A stretch of 64,000 nt of DNA from Acidimicrobiia bacterium (GTDB lineage Bacteria; Actinomycetota; Acidimicrobiia; IMCC26256; PALSA-610), in contig JBBRXX010000027.1 of NCBI GenBank assembly GCA_038238245.1, positions 154-64,153 of the forward strand, written 5' to 3'. Shown one piece after another: positions 1-10,196 of this stretch (its first letter is position 1; the number at the start of each line of letters is the position of its first letter). The translations under genes were made by a program, and so were the position numbers. The notes beneath the pieces were generated by a model that saw nothing but the letters and a program-made list of their open reading frames with translations, was not told the origin of the DNA and did not search any database.

Positions 1-610
1 CATCGGAACGCTCGATCACACTCATGATGCCCCCTCGCGGTGTTGGCTGTTGCGGTCAAGCTAAGAGCGTGGCGTTCCCACGTCTGCAGCAGATCCGGCA
101 CCTCGGAGCGAGTCGCGTAGGCAGGTCCGTGCGCAGCGTCCTGATCGGCGGTTGTTCGGCTCAGTCGAGGAACATGCACAACGGATGGGCGGCCGGATCG
201 AGTACATGCGACTCCTGTGCAGATCGCTGTTCAGTCGCCTGTCGAGGTTTCGACGCAACGATGGGGGAGTGGTCGCCATGTTCAGGCAGCAAGGAGGAAC
301 TCACCGTCGGGTCCAGCGCGTGGGGTTAGGGGTTGTGTCCCCCCTCTGACACTGCATCGCACCTGGCCAGCGCGTGGGCGCGGCACCGGATTCTCCTCGC
401 TGGTCACCGATTGGTCACAACGATGGTTCGGTGGCAGGTGTTGTATTTCGACGAGGGCGCTTCATCGACCGCGATGCCTGGTGGGTGAAGGCGCGACTTA
501 CCGCGACGAGGAGTACGTCGGCCTCGCACTTGGAGTCATCGCGGGCCTCGATGTGATTTCGCATTGCCCACCGGACGACGACCCGAGGCATTCGGGTTGG
601 TACGACACCA

Positions 611-833
611 GTCGACGTCGGCCAACGCGCAGCCGGCGATGAAGGCGATCGGCAACGCGGCCGCGCTCAACGTGCAAGATGTCGCGACGTTCGTGCTCGC
701 GACGCTGCAGAACGTCGTCGGCAACTTCGTGGTCACGGCCGCCGACCTCAACACCGCCACCGGTAGGATCACGACCTTCTTCACGGGCAGCGTGCCGGTG
801 GGTACCGAGATCGAGTGGTTCGTATTCGGTTGA
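611..833 (+). pseudogene. Truncated, internally deleted paralog of the C-terminus of the 866-1860 protein
   Basis: QSTSANAQPAMKAIG..NAAALNVQ..VLATLQN..TGSVPVGTEIEWFVFG* aligns with QSTSASVQPAVKAIG..TGSVPVGTKIAWFVFG* (1513-1860); no signal peptide or RBS. Confidence 0.75.
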
Positions 834-865
834 GGTCTTTGGAGGGTGCAGTGTTGCAACGATTG

Positions 866-1860
866 ATGGATCGTCGGCGCATGTTGCGGCTCGGCGGGAT
901 GGCGACGGCTGGTGCGGCTGCGGCGACCGTTGCCTCGGTCGCGAGTGCCAGTCCGGCCGCGGCCGGCGTCGACGGCGACGTCGTGCTCGGCAGCGTGTCG
1001 AACTCGACGCCCAACGCGACGGGAATCGACGTCACCGGTACGTCGGCACCGCTCGGCTTCGGCGTCACCGACAACGGCTTTTCGTTCACCTCGATTTTCC
1101 CGGCGATCGTCGCCCACGCGAAGGGACAGGGAAACTTCAACGCCGGCGTCCTTGCGTACGCTGAGAACTCAGCGACGGCAGTCCGCGCCGTTGCCAACGA
1201 CGCATCGGCGCTGTTCGCGAGCAACGCGTCGGAGTTCCCAACCCTCGAGGTGAACAACCTCGGGAGTGGTCCTGGTGCCCACGTCACTGCCACCGGCGAA
1301 GGCGTAAAGGTCGAGTCCGGCGGGAACGCGCTTACGGCGACCGCGTCCGCCGGCGGCGCGGGACTCGCCGCGACCGCGACGGAAACCGGTCCTGCCGTGC
1401 AAGCCATCGTTGCAAACGGCAACAGTTTGAGCCGGCCGTTCGCGCGATCGCGACCGGCAAGAGCGGCGCCGTAGACGCGTCCGCCGCCGCGGCCGCGACC
1501 AAGCCGACGATGCAGTCGACTTCGGCGAGCGTGCAGCCGGCGGTGAAGGCGATCGGCAAGGCAGTCCCGGTGAGTGGCGCGGTGCCGATCGCGGGGAACG
1601 CGGCCGCGCTCGCGGTGCAGGGCGTTGCCTCGTTTACGCGCAGCGGTGTCGCCCAGCTCACGACTGCGGGGACGTCGGTGCTGGTGTCGGTGCCGGGCGG
1701 GCTGACAGCCGCGAGTCATGTGCTTGCGACCTTGCAGAACAATGTCGGCAACGTGGGCGTGCGCGCCGCGGTGCCGAACACCGCGAACGGCAAGATCACG
1801 ATCTTCCTCACAGGCAGCGTGCCGGTCGGCACCAAGATCGCGTGGTTCGTATTTGGCTGA
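866..1860 (+). CDS. Exported Ala/Gly/Thr-rich protein with Tat-type signal, one frameshift near 1425
   Basis: MDRRRMLRLGG..ASPAAA signal; ORF 815..1474 continues in the frame of 1510..1860 (FEPAVRAIATGKSGAV..). Confidence 0.7.
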
Positions 1861-1868
1861 GACCCTTC

Positions 1869-2051
1869 GGGGAGGCGAGCTGTTCCTCGAACCGAGGTTC
1901 GCGGCAGGGCGGGGCACCGAGGCCGGGCTTCCGGTGGTGAGAATCGCGCGGAAAGTGGAGCCGGCCGACCGGTAGTGCAGTTCGCCTCCTTCGACGAGCG
2001 ACCCGGCTAGCGGCACTTGCGTGCCGCGACCGGTGCACCCGCGCCGGTCGC
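1869..2051 (+). ncRNA. Candidate structured leader RNA (weak resemblance to the c-di-AMP/ydaO riboswitch)
   Basis: 14-bp stem 1869-1882/1978-1991 (3 GU pairs), nested stems, hairpins at 2010-2027 and 2026-2051, upstream of RBS gaaggag. Confidence 0.3.
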
Positions 2052-2086
2052 CAGGTTCCAGCTCGAACGCGAAGAAGGAGATGATC

Positions 2087-2976
2087 ATGCAACGCATGAT
2101 TTGGCGGCTCGCGGCCGCCACGGCCACAACGGCTTTCGCCTTCGTACTTGGCGCGATCTGCGCCTCGGCGTTGGCCAATCACTCAGGCGCTCACGCGGCG
2201 GTCGACGGCCGCTGGCCTTGGCCGCGCAGCAGAGCGCGTCACCTACCTGTGTCCCAGGCGTGTCGGCACCCGTCCGCGGGAGGATCGGCTTCGCGGCGAC
2301 CGGCTCAGACCGGGCAGTCACCGCGCAGTCGTCGTCATCCGCGGGTCGGACATCGGCCCACGCGTCGGCGCAGGCGCGGAAGAGCAACGGTGCCGGCGGC
2401 AGTGCTCACAGTCGCTTCGGCGGCGGCACGTCGGGGAACCGGTCGACGGAGAACGGAGGCAGTGGAACGATCACGGTAGCGACCGGCTTCCTGCCCGAGG
2501 GTCTCGCGTCGTTCGGCCTCCCGGGCATTCCTGACGCAGGTGCGCCCCTCGGCGGCACTCTTTCCGACGCGCTTGCGACCGGCATCTCGGCGGCGGGTGT
2601 GCCCACCGTGGCGATGCCGGCGTTCGGCCTCGCGATCGACGCGTCGGCGCAGTCCGACGGGTCGGCGATGACGGGTCCGGCCGGCGCGACGGTTGCGGTG
2701 AACAGCCGCGGCCCGAGCACGCCGGGTGTCGCGATCGTCGCGTCGGCGCAGTCCGACGGGTCGGCGACGACCGGTCCGGCCGGCGCAAGCGTCGCCGTCG
2801 ACAACGGTCGCGCAACTGCGACCTCGGTCTCACTCGCTACGACGAGCGAGCCGGACACGGTCACGGCCCCCGGTCATGTCGGTGCATCGACGGGAACGAA
2901 CTCGGCCCCCGACGCGCCGGCAATCTCGATTGAGCTGCCGTCGAACGGTCTCACCGCAAGCGTGACCGCCTCGTAA
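2087..2976 (+). CDS. Secreted low-complexity Ala/Ser/Thr/Gly protein, frameshift near 2210, 99-bp internal repeat
   Basis: RBS then MQRMIWRLAAATATTAFAFVLG signal; continues in the frame of 2017..2976; ASAQSDGSA(M/T)TGPAGA occurs twice. Confidence 0.55.
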
Positions 2977-2991
2977 CACGATGGGTCGGTT

Positions 2992-3018
2992 GGCGGCCCT
3001 GCGGCTCCCGGGGCCGCC
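2992..3018 (+). terminator. GC-rich hairpin after the gene
   Basis: ggcggccc...gggccgcc inverted repeat; no U-tract. Confidence 0.35.
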
Positions 3019-3315
3019 ACCCTCGTCCCTCCGATGTGAACGCTCTTCCAATGCGACCGCGCGGTCAATCGCTGCGCTGTACGCGATTCCTTGACGGGAG
3101 CAGCGCGAACGCGGCGATCGCGAGTATGAGTTTCTTTGCGGAGCCGCATCGAACCTGTCACGAATCGCTCGCCATCGGTGTGATATTCGCAGTACGCCTT
3201 CACGCCTCAGGGTCAAGCCGATGCTGTCGTCTCGACGAATTCGTCGTGCCTACAGCCGCCGACAAACGATGCAGAAGACGTTCGCCGTACTCGGAATCGG
3301 AGTATCTGGAGATAT

Positions 3316-5064
3316 GTGAGTGACATCAGGGAAACCGTGACTCCGAGGAGCTTCTGGCGTGGGCCGCGAGCCATTGCGCTGGTTCTGACGCTGGTGATGT
3401 TCGCCGCTGCGTGCGGGAGCAGCAGCAAGAGCGGCGGCGGAGGAACGGGTCCGGCGACGACCGGAGGCGTGAACAGCAGCGACAACCCGAGTGGCAAGCC
3501 GGTCGAGGGGGGTTCCCTGGTCTATGGGCTGGAGGCGGACACCAGCGGCGGGTTCTGCCTGTACAAGGCGCAGCTCGCGATCGCCGGCATGCAGGTTGCG
3601 CGAACTGTGTATGACACGCTGACCGCGCCGGGTGCCGACGGCAAGATCCACCCATTCCTCGCAGAATCGGTGACGGGCACCAACAACAACAAGTTGTGGA
3701 CGATCAAGCTCCGGCCGAACATCAAGTTCCACGACGGCACCGCGCTCACGGCCGCGGTGGTGAAAGAGAATCTCGACCACTACCGCCAGGACAACCCACT
3801 GTTCATCTTCGTGTTCGGTGATGTCGCCGCGGTCAACGTCGTCGACGATCTCACGTTGACGGTGACGACGAAGCGGCCGTGGTCGGCGTTTCCGTGGTTC
3901 TTGTGGGGCAGCAACCGCCTCGGGATCATGGCCAAGGCGCAAATGGAATCAAAGGACTGCAACACCAAGCTGATCGGCACGGGCCCGTTCAAGTTCGTGT
4001 CCTGGAAGTTTGGTGACAAGTTCGTGGCCGTCCGAAACCCGGACTACTGGGGGAAGGACAAGGACGGCGTCCAGCTGCCGTATCTGGATCGCATCACGTA
4101 CGTGCCGCTCGAGGACGGCCCCAAACGGCTGGGTTCGCTCGAGGCAGGCGATTTCCAGATGGCGCATTTCTCGGGGGCGTTGCAGGTCGTGAAGATCCGG
4201 GACGACGTGAAGAACGGCAAGCTCGCCGATACCGAGTCCGACAAGTTCACCGAGGTCGGGTACACGATGTTGAACGCGACCAAGTTGCCGTTCAATCACC
4301 TGTCGGCGCGCAAGGCCTTCGCCTACGCGGTCGATCGTGACACGTTCAACCGGCTTCGCAATGACAACATCCTCACGAATGCGTCGGGTCCCTTCGCGCC
4401 GGGCGTGGACGGTCACCTGGATGACACCGGCCTGCCGAACTTCGACCCCGCGAAGGCGAAAGCGGCGGCCGCGCAGTACAAGCAGGAGACCGGGCGGGAT
4501 CTGACGTTCACGTTGAGTCATACCGCCGATCCCGATACCACCCAGGATGCCGTTCTGATCCAGCAGATGCTGGACCAGAACGGCGGGATCAAGATCAACC
4601 TCAACTCGGTCCCGGACCAGAGCACGTTGATCAACATTGCGGTCGGCCGTCAGTTCGATGCGACGCTGTGGCGGAACCATCCCGGTGCCGACGACGACAC
4701 GCAATACGTGTGGTGGCACTGTGGCAACTCGGGTGCGGTCGGGTCGGGCCCGAACGGCGCACCGGCGTGTGACAACGCGATCAACTTCGGGGGGTTCAAC
4801 GACCCGATCATCAACAAGGCCTTCGATGACGCCCGGGTGAGCAACGATCCGGCGGCTCGCACGAAGTTGTACGAGGACATCAACCGTGAGTTCGCCAAGG
4901 AGCTGTGGAACCTCTGGGCGCAGTACGTGTTGTGGACGGTGGCCAACAAGCCGAACGTCCATGGTGTGCTCGGTCCGCCGCTTCCGGGTGGCACCGGCCC
5001 GTTCGAAGGGTTACCGACTGGTCACCCCGCGAGTGGTTTGTGGTGCGACCGCGGAAAGTGTTGA
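3316..5064 (+). CDS. ABC transporter substrate-binding lipoprotein, family 5 (OppA/DppA-like), no adjacent permeases
   Basis: Lipobox FAAAC; LRPNIKFHDGT, IGTGPFKF, RNPDYW motifs. Confidence 0.92.
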   Translation: MSDIRETVTPRSFWRGPRAIALVLTLVMFAAACGSSSKSGGGGTGPATTGGVNSSDNPSGKPVEGGSLVYGLEADTSGGFCLYKAQLAIAGMQVARTVYDTLTAPGADGKIHPFLAESVTGTNNNKLWTIKLRPNIKFHDGTALTAAVVKENLDHYRQDNPLFIFVFGDVAAVNVVDDLTLTVTTKRPWSAFPWFLWGSNRLGIMAKAQMESKDCNTKLIGTGPFKFVSWKFGDKFVAVRNPDYWGKDKDGVQLPYLDRITYVPLEDGPKRLGSLEAGDFQMAHFSGALQVVKIRDDVKNGKLADTESDKFTEVGYTMLNATKLPFNHLSARKAFAYAVDRDTFNRLRNDNILTNASGPFAPGVDGHLDDTGLPNFDPAKAKAAAAQYKQETGRDLTFTLSHTADPDTTQDAVLIQQMLDQNGGIKINLNSVPDQSTLINIAVGRQFDATLWRNHPGADDDTQYVWWHCGNSGAVGSGPNGAPACDNAINFGGFNDPIINKAFDDARVSNDPAARTKLYEDINREFAKELWNLWAQYVLWTVANKPNVHGVLGPPLPGGTGPFEGLPTGHPASGLWCDRGKC

Positions 5065-5106
5065 CGAACGGGTGAGCCGACGTATTCGGCGCAACGACGC
5101 ATAGGA

Positions 5107-6903
5107 GTGGTCATGGCTCGAACCGTCTCTCGGTCTGCACGAGGCACTCTCGCGTTTTTCGCGACTGGCGCGCTGGTCGTGTCGTTGTGCGCCCTCGGCG
5201 GGGTGCACGCGGCGAGCGGTGTCACACGTCCTACAGCGAGCGTCGCGAGGGCGTCCGATTCTCACTGTGACAAGCCGGGACGGACGGTCGTGAACAAGAA
5301 ACCGTTCTTCGGGACGCCCGGTGATGACGTCATCGACGGCACGGGCGGCGATGACATCATCTTTGCCCGTGATGGAAACGACATCGTTTGTGGAGAGGGC
5401 GGGAACGACATCATCTACGGCGGCGGCGCTGGTGACCACCTCTACGGTGACGGCGGCAACGACCAGTTGTTCGGACAGCTCCTCGATGACCACCTGTATG
5501 GTGGCCCGGACGACGATCTCCTTGTCGGCGGACACGGCGTCGACATCATGAAAGGCGGCGGCGGCAAAGACTGGCTGCGCGGCGGCACCAACCGCGACGT
5601 CTATGACGGCGGGGGCGGCTCAGACGATGTCGCGAGCTTCCTGACCGCCACGCCCAACGGAAATGACAACACGGGCGTGACGGTGGATCTCGGCAACGGA
5701 TACGCGGTCGGTGAGGGCGGCCCCGCACCTGATCCGAACCAGCCGCATCAGAAGCTCGAGCGGGCGGTGCACATCGAGTCCGTGATCGGCTCGGCGTTTG
5801 ACGACACGCTCATCGGCAACGGAACGGGCATGGTCGACGGCGGACCCGGCGCCGACACCTGCTCAGGCAGCTGGATCGGGACGCCGACGAGCTGCGGGCC
5901 GGCGGAGGGCGCGGCACCATTCGTGACCGTCGAGAATTGGACGCCCAGCGGCGGCCCGAGCCCCGATCCCGCGTTGCTGGTCGTCGGTGGACCCGCGGAC
6001 GACCAGTTCACGATCAACCACGTGGCCGGCGGCTTCCATGTCGACGCGCCAGCCGGAACGGCGGGTTGCACCGACTGTGCGTTCGGCCCCGCGCCTGCGC
6101 GCGGCCGCGGCGGCCTCGCACTGATGTGGGGCGGTGCCGGGAACGATGAGCTCAACGTGGAGACCAACGCCAGTCACGCGGTGCCGCAGTCGATCAGTGT
6201 GGACGTCGATGGCGGGCCGGGCACCGACATGCTGCGAGGCAGCGCCGGCGGCGAAAACCTTTTCAGCGGTGTTGACGGCGCCGATGTCATGAAGGGCGAA
6301 GACGGCGAGGACGCGCTCATCAGTGAAGGTACCGGGGGCGACCAGGACTACGGCGGAGGCGGCAACGACCAACTCGTGACCAATGACCCGAGCCAAGGAC
6401 ACCTGTTCGACGGCGGTGGCGGCGGACGCGATATCGCCGGCTTCGCACGCACCACAAAACACTGCGACACCACCACCCCGGACGGAGTCGTACATCATCT
6501 CGGCATCGACGCGAGCCTGCTCGGTCACTCCGCACGATTCCGTGGCAAATGTCTCGGCACCGGCGCGACGACGATCAAGAACGCGGAGATTCTCGAGGGC
6601 ACCAAGAACAACGACATCCTTCGCGGCGACAACCACGACAACACGATCTGGGGCCGCGCCGGAGACGACAAGATCTACGGCCTCAAGGGCGGCGATCGAC
6701 TGCATGGCCACGCCGGCAACGACCTCCTCGTCGGCGGCCCTGGTGCCGACGTCATGCTCGGCGGCAAGGGACGTGACCACATAGACGCCCGGGACGGCCG
6801 CGCCGACACCAAGATCAACTGCGGACCCGGTGGCGGCAGGCTCGAAAGCGACAACAACGACCCGTTCGCGGGCAGTCGATGCACACGCGTGTCTCCTGAT
6901 TGA
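5107..6903 (+). CDS. Secreted hemolysin-type (RTX) calcium-binding repeat protein
   Basis: Many GGxGxDxL nonapeptides; IESVIGSAFDDTLIG; N-terminal signal peptide. Confidence 0.88.
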   Translation: MVMARTVSRSARGTLAFFATGALVVSLCALGGVHAASGVTRPTASVARASDSHCDKPGRTVVNKKPFFGTPGDDVIDGTGGDDIIFARDGNDIVCGEGGNDIIYGGGAGDHLYGDGGNDQLFGQLLDDHLYGGPDDDLLVGGHGVDIMKGGGGKDWLRGGTNRDVYDGGGGSDDVASFLTATPNGNDNTGVTVDLGNGYAVGEGGPAPDPNQPHQKLERAVHIESVIGSAFDDTLIGNGTGMVDGGPGADTCSGSWIGTPTSCGPAEGAAPFVTVENWTPSGGPSPDPALLVVGGPADDQFTINHVAGGFHVDAPAGTAGCTDCAFGPAPARGRGGLALMWGGAGNDELNVETNASHAVPQSISVDVDGGPGTDMLRGSAGGENLFSGVDGADVMKGEDGEDALISEGTGGDQDYGGGGNDQLVTNDPSQGHLFDGGGGGRDIAGFARTTKHCDTTTPDGVVHHLGIDASLLGHSARFRGKCLGTGATTIKNAEILEGTKNNDILRGDNHDNTIWGRAGDDKIYGLKGGDRLHGHAGNDLLVGGPGADVMLGGKGRDHIDARDGRADTKINCGPGGGRLESDNNDPFAGSRCTRVSPD

Positions 6904-6993
6904 ATGGCACGCGAGTGGTTTGAAGTTGCGCAACCCGCGATTCGGGCCCTCTCAATGCGGATCAGATCAGTGCGATTCGGAGAGGTGATTGCA

Positions 6994-9294
6994 ATGAATC
7001 GGTTGCCGTCGTCGCCGGCCATGAAGTGTCGACCGATATCCCGTGCAGTCTTGGCGCTGGCGTTGACTGTGTTATGTGCGGGTTGTGACTGGTCGATGTT
7101 CCGCGCGGGCACTGACCGGGCAGGGGTCTCACAGGGGAGTTCGATTGCTTCGGCGAACGTGACGAACCTGGCCCAGGCGTGGACTGCGACAACAAGTGGA
7201 GCAGTGCGCTCGTCTCCCGCGGTCACGGGTGACATCGCGTATGTCGGTTCCGACGACGGCAAGTTATATGCCGTGAGCGCGGTGGGCAGCGCCAATTGCT
7301 CGGGGTTGCCGGAAAGCTGCCGCGCGTTGTGGACCGGTCTGACGGGCGGTGCGGTCCGGTCGTCGCCCGCCGTTGCAAACGGGATCGTGTATGTCGGCTC
7401 GGACGATCACAAGCTCTACGCGTTCGATGCGACAGGCGGATCGGGCTGTACGGGTATTCCGAAGGTTTGCTCACCGCGCTGGAGCGCCACGACCGGGGAC
7501 GTCGTGCAGTCGTCGCCGGTGGTCGCGGAGGGCGTCGTGTACGTCGGATCTGCTGACCACAAGCTCTACGCGTTCGATGCGGCGGGCAAAGTGAACTGCT
7601 CGACGTCGGCTCCCGCGACGTGCAGTCCGTTGTGGACCGCGGTCACCGGCGGGGCGGTGTACTCGTCGCCGTCGGTTGCCGGTGGGATGGTCTACGTCGG
7701 TTCGGATGATGGTCGGTTGTACGCCTTCGATGCCGCCGGCAGCTCGAACTGTTCGGCAAGCCCGAAGGTGTGTACTCCGCTGTGGACAGGGACCGTAGGC
7801 GCCGCGATCAAAGGTGCACCGGCGGTCGCGAACAACACGCTATACGTCGGAGCCCAAGACGGCGTCCTGTACGCGTTCGATGCGGCGGGCAGCACGAACT
7901 GTTCGGGCGCTCCCGAGGCATGTGCACCGCTTTGGAGGACGACCGCGGCGGGCGGGGCGATCTCGTCGTCGCCGGCGGTGACGAAGACCATGGTGTATGT
8001 GGGCTCGGCGGACCATCGCCTCTATGCCTTCGATGCCGGCGGGAACACCGATTGCTCGAGCAGCAATGTGTGTTCACCGGTGTGGACCGCATTGACGGGT
8101 GGTGCTGTCTCTTCGTCGCCGGCCGTCGCGAACGGGGTGGTGTATGTCGGTTCCGGCGATCACAAGCTCTACGGATTCGATGCGTCCGGCGTGAACTGTG
8201 CCGGCAACCCCAAGACCTGCACCGCGGTGTGGACCGCGACGACGGGCGATCAGGTGCTGTCATCCCCGGCGGTTGGCACTGAGGCACTGTACGTCGGTTC
8301 GAACGACCACAAGCTCTACGGCTACCGCACCTGCGACAAGATCGCGTCCACGAGCGGGTCCGATGGAAATCCCGGGACGCGTGCTGCGCCGTGGCATACC
8401 GCGCAATATATGGTCGACCACCTGGCGCCCGGCCAGACGGGGTGCTTGCGATCGGGCATCTTCGATTTCGACGACGAGATCAACATCACGCAGCACAACA
8501 TCACGTTGACGAGTTATCCCGGTGAGCGCGCGACGTTGAAAGGCGCGCTCAGGATTCAAAAGACCGGTCACAATGTGACCGTCAGAGAGCTCGATCTCGA
8601 CGGCCGCAATCCGGAGACGATAATCGGTCCCGCGATCTTCGCTGCCAACGACACCTTCGACAACGTCGACGTCACGAACTTCCACAGCGAGATCTGCTTC
8701 ATTCTCGGCCCCGCCGACCCCTCCTTTGGGCGAGCGGTCAACGCCATCATCGAGAACAGCCGTATCCACGATTGCGGCAAGTTCCCGTCCCAAAACGGTG
8801 ACCACGGCTTCTACGTCGAAGCCTCCGACCGCGCAATCATCCGCAACAACTGGATCTACGACAACGTCGATCGCGGTATCCAGTTGTATCCCGACTCCGA
8901 AGGCACACAGGTCTACGGCAACGTGATCGACGGCAACGGCGAGGGCGTCATCTTTGGCGGTGACGGCACGACCGCGTCGAGCAACAACTCGGTGCACAAC
9001 AACATCATCACGAACTCGAACATCCGATGGAACGTCGAAGCGAACTGGCCGCCGCCGCCCAACTCGACAACGCCGCTCATCGGCACCGGAAACACCGTGC
9101 ACGACAACTGCGTCTGGGCAACCAATACCGACCCCTACTACAACCAAGACGGCGGTGTCATGACAGAAACGCCGCGCGGATTCGCCGTTGCCAACAACAT
9201 CATCGCCAACCCCATGTACGTCGACCGCGCCAATGCCGACTTCCGTCTCCAACCCGGCAGCCCTTGCGCGGCGGTCTTCGATGGCACGACGTGA
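6994..9294 (+). CDS. Lipoprotein: PQQ-like beta-propeller plus right-handed parallel beta-helix
   Basis: LCAGC lipobox; eight SSPAVxxGxVYVGSxDxKLYAFDA repeats; GSDGNPGT..PW then NN/GN-rich PbH1-type repeats. Confidence 0.85.
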   Translation: MNRLPSSPAMKCRPISRAVLALALTVLCAGCDWSMFRAGTDRAGVSQGSSIASANVTNLAQAWTATTSGAVRSSPAVTGDIAYVGSDDGKLYAVSAVGSANCSGLPESCRALWTGLTGGAVRSSPAVANGIVYVGSDDHKLYAFDATGGSGCTGIPKVCSPRWSATTGDVVQSSPVVAEGVVYVGSADHKLYAFDAAGKVNCSTSAPATCSPLWTAVTGGAVYSSPSVAGGMVYVGSDDGRLYAFDAAGSSNCSASPKVCTPLWTGTVGAAIKGAPAVANNTLYVGAQDGVLYAFDAAGSTNCSGAPEACAPLWRTTAAGGAISSSPAVTKTMVYVGSADHRLYAFDAGGNTDCSSSNVCSPVWTALTGGAVSSSPAVANGVVYVGSGDHKLYGFDASGVNCAGNPKTCTAVWTATTGDQVLSSPAVGTEALYVGSNDHKLYGYRTCDKIASTSGSDGNPGTRAAPWHTAQYMVDHLAPGQTGCLRSGIFDFDDEINITQHNITLTSYPGERATLKGALRIQKTGHNVTVRELDLDGRNPETIIGPAIFAANDTFDNVDVTNFHSEICFILGPADPSFGRAVNAIIENSRIHDCGKFPSQNGDHGFYVEASDRAIIRNNWIYDNVDRGIQLYPDSEGTQVYGNVIDGNGEGVIFGGDGTTASSNNSVHNNIITNSNIRWNVEANWPPPPNSTTPLIGTGNTVHDNCVWATNTDPYYNQDGGVMTETPRGFAVANNIIANPMYVDRANADFRLQPGSPCAAVFDGTT

Positions 9295-9322
9295 ACGCGC
9301 CAACCTTCCTTCGTGAACGTCT

Positions 9323-10108
9323 CTACCGTCGACGCGTTGCGACGTCTCGCTTGACAGTCTCGGCTTCGGCTTTTGCTTGGTCCATGCGTTCCTGGGCGCG
9401 CCTCTTGATCCGTTCGGATGCTCCTTGGCGCTCCCGGTCGAAGCGTGGCTTCTCTTCGTCGTACTTTGCGAACACGTTCTCCCATCGTGTCTGCATCGCC
9501 TTGATCCCTCCACCACCGACTGCAATCACCGTGACGCCGACGAAGGTGGCCAGGAGGGCGTAGAACAGGCCGGTGACGATCGCGGGAGCGATGCGGAGCT
9601 CGTCGAGTGCGGCGAACAATCCGATCGTGACGATCACGGCGGATGCGGTGAACGCGGCGGTGCGGGCGTAGTCGAGCTCGCCGAGTGAGACCTCGACGAG
9701 CTCTTTGACAGCGGCCGCGATCGCCATCGCGATGACGACGATGAGGATTGCGGCGAGGACACGCGGCAAGTAAGCGATGACGCCGCCTATGGCGTTGCTC
9801 ACGGGGTTCGACCCCCACACGCCAAAGGCAAGCTGCAACACGACGAGCAGCAGCGCGTAGTACACGAGCTTGCCCACGATGTCGGAAGCGTCGTAGTCAG
9901 ACTTGTCGAGCATCGTCTTGACGCCGCCCCGCTCGACGGCCTTGTCGAAGCCGACCCGTTCCAAGACGTTGCCGGCGATCTTGGCGATCGCTTTCGCGAC
10001 AAACCAACCGATGACCAATATGAGCAAGAAGGCAAAGAACTTCGGGATGAAGGTGGCAACCTCGGACCAGGCATCCTCGATGCCCTTGCTGAACTGAACT
10101 GCGAGCAC
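9323..10108 (-). CDS. TM-helix repeat membrane protein (CmpX/MscS-associated type)
   Basis: FIPKFFAFLLILVIGW and YLPRVLAAILI repeats; RBS aggaaagga before GTG 10108. Confidence 0.8.
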   Translation of the reverse strand: MLAVQFSKGIEDAWSEVATFIPKFFAFLLILVIGWFVAKAIAKIAGNVLERVGFDKAVERGGVKTMLDKSDYDASDIVGKLVYYALLLVVLQLAFGVWGSNPVSNAIGGVIAYLPRVLAAILIVVIAMAIAAAVKELVEVSLGELDYARTAAFTASAVIVTIGLFAALDELRIAPAIVTGLFYALLATFVGVTVIAVGGGGIKAMQTRWENVFAKYDEEKPRFDRERQGASERIKRRAQERMDQAKAEAETVKRDVATRRR

Positions 10109-10196
10109 GGCCTTGCGCGTCCTTTCCTGAGCATTGCGCGGACGAACGACCACGGACACGCCGGCGGTAGGCCGTCCGGCGTGTCGTGGACGGTCG

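Noticed and set aside
1-25. Minus-strand gene start (MSVIERSD) running off the left edge
   Set aside because: Only eight codons visible; cannot be assigned.
470-560. Adenylate cyclase remnant (GEGATYRDEEYVGLAL..)
   Set aside because: Too short and degenerate to support without a database search.
611-1860. DGR template/variable repeat pair
   Set aside because: No reverse transcriptase seen; differences are not adenine-specific and include large deletions.
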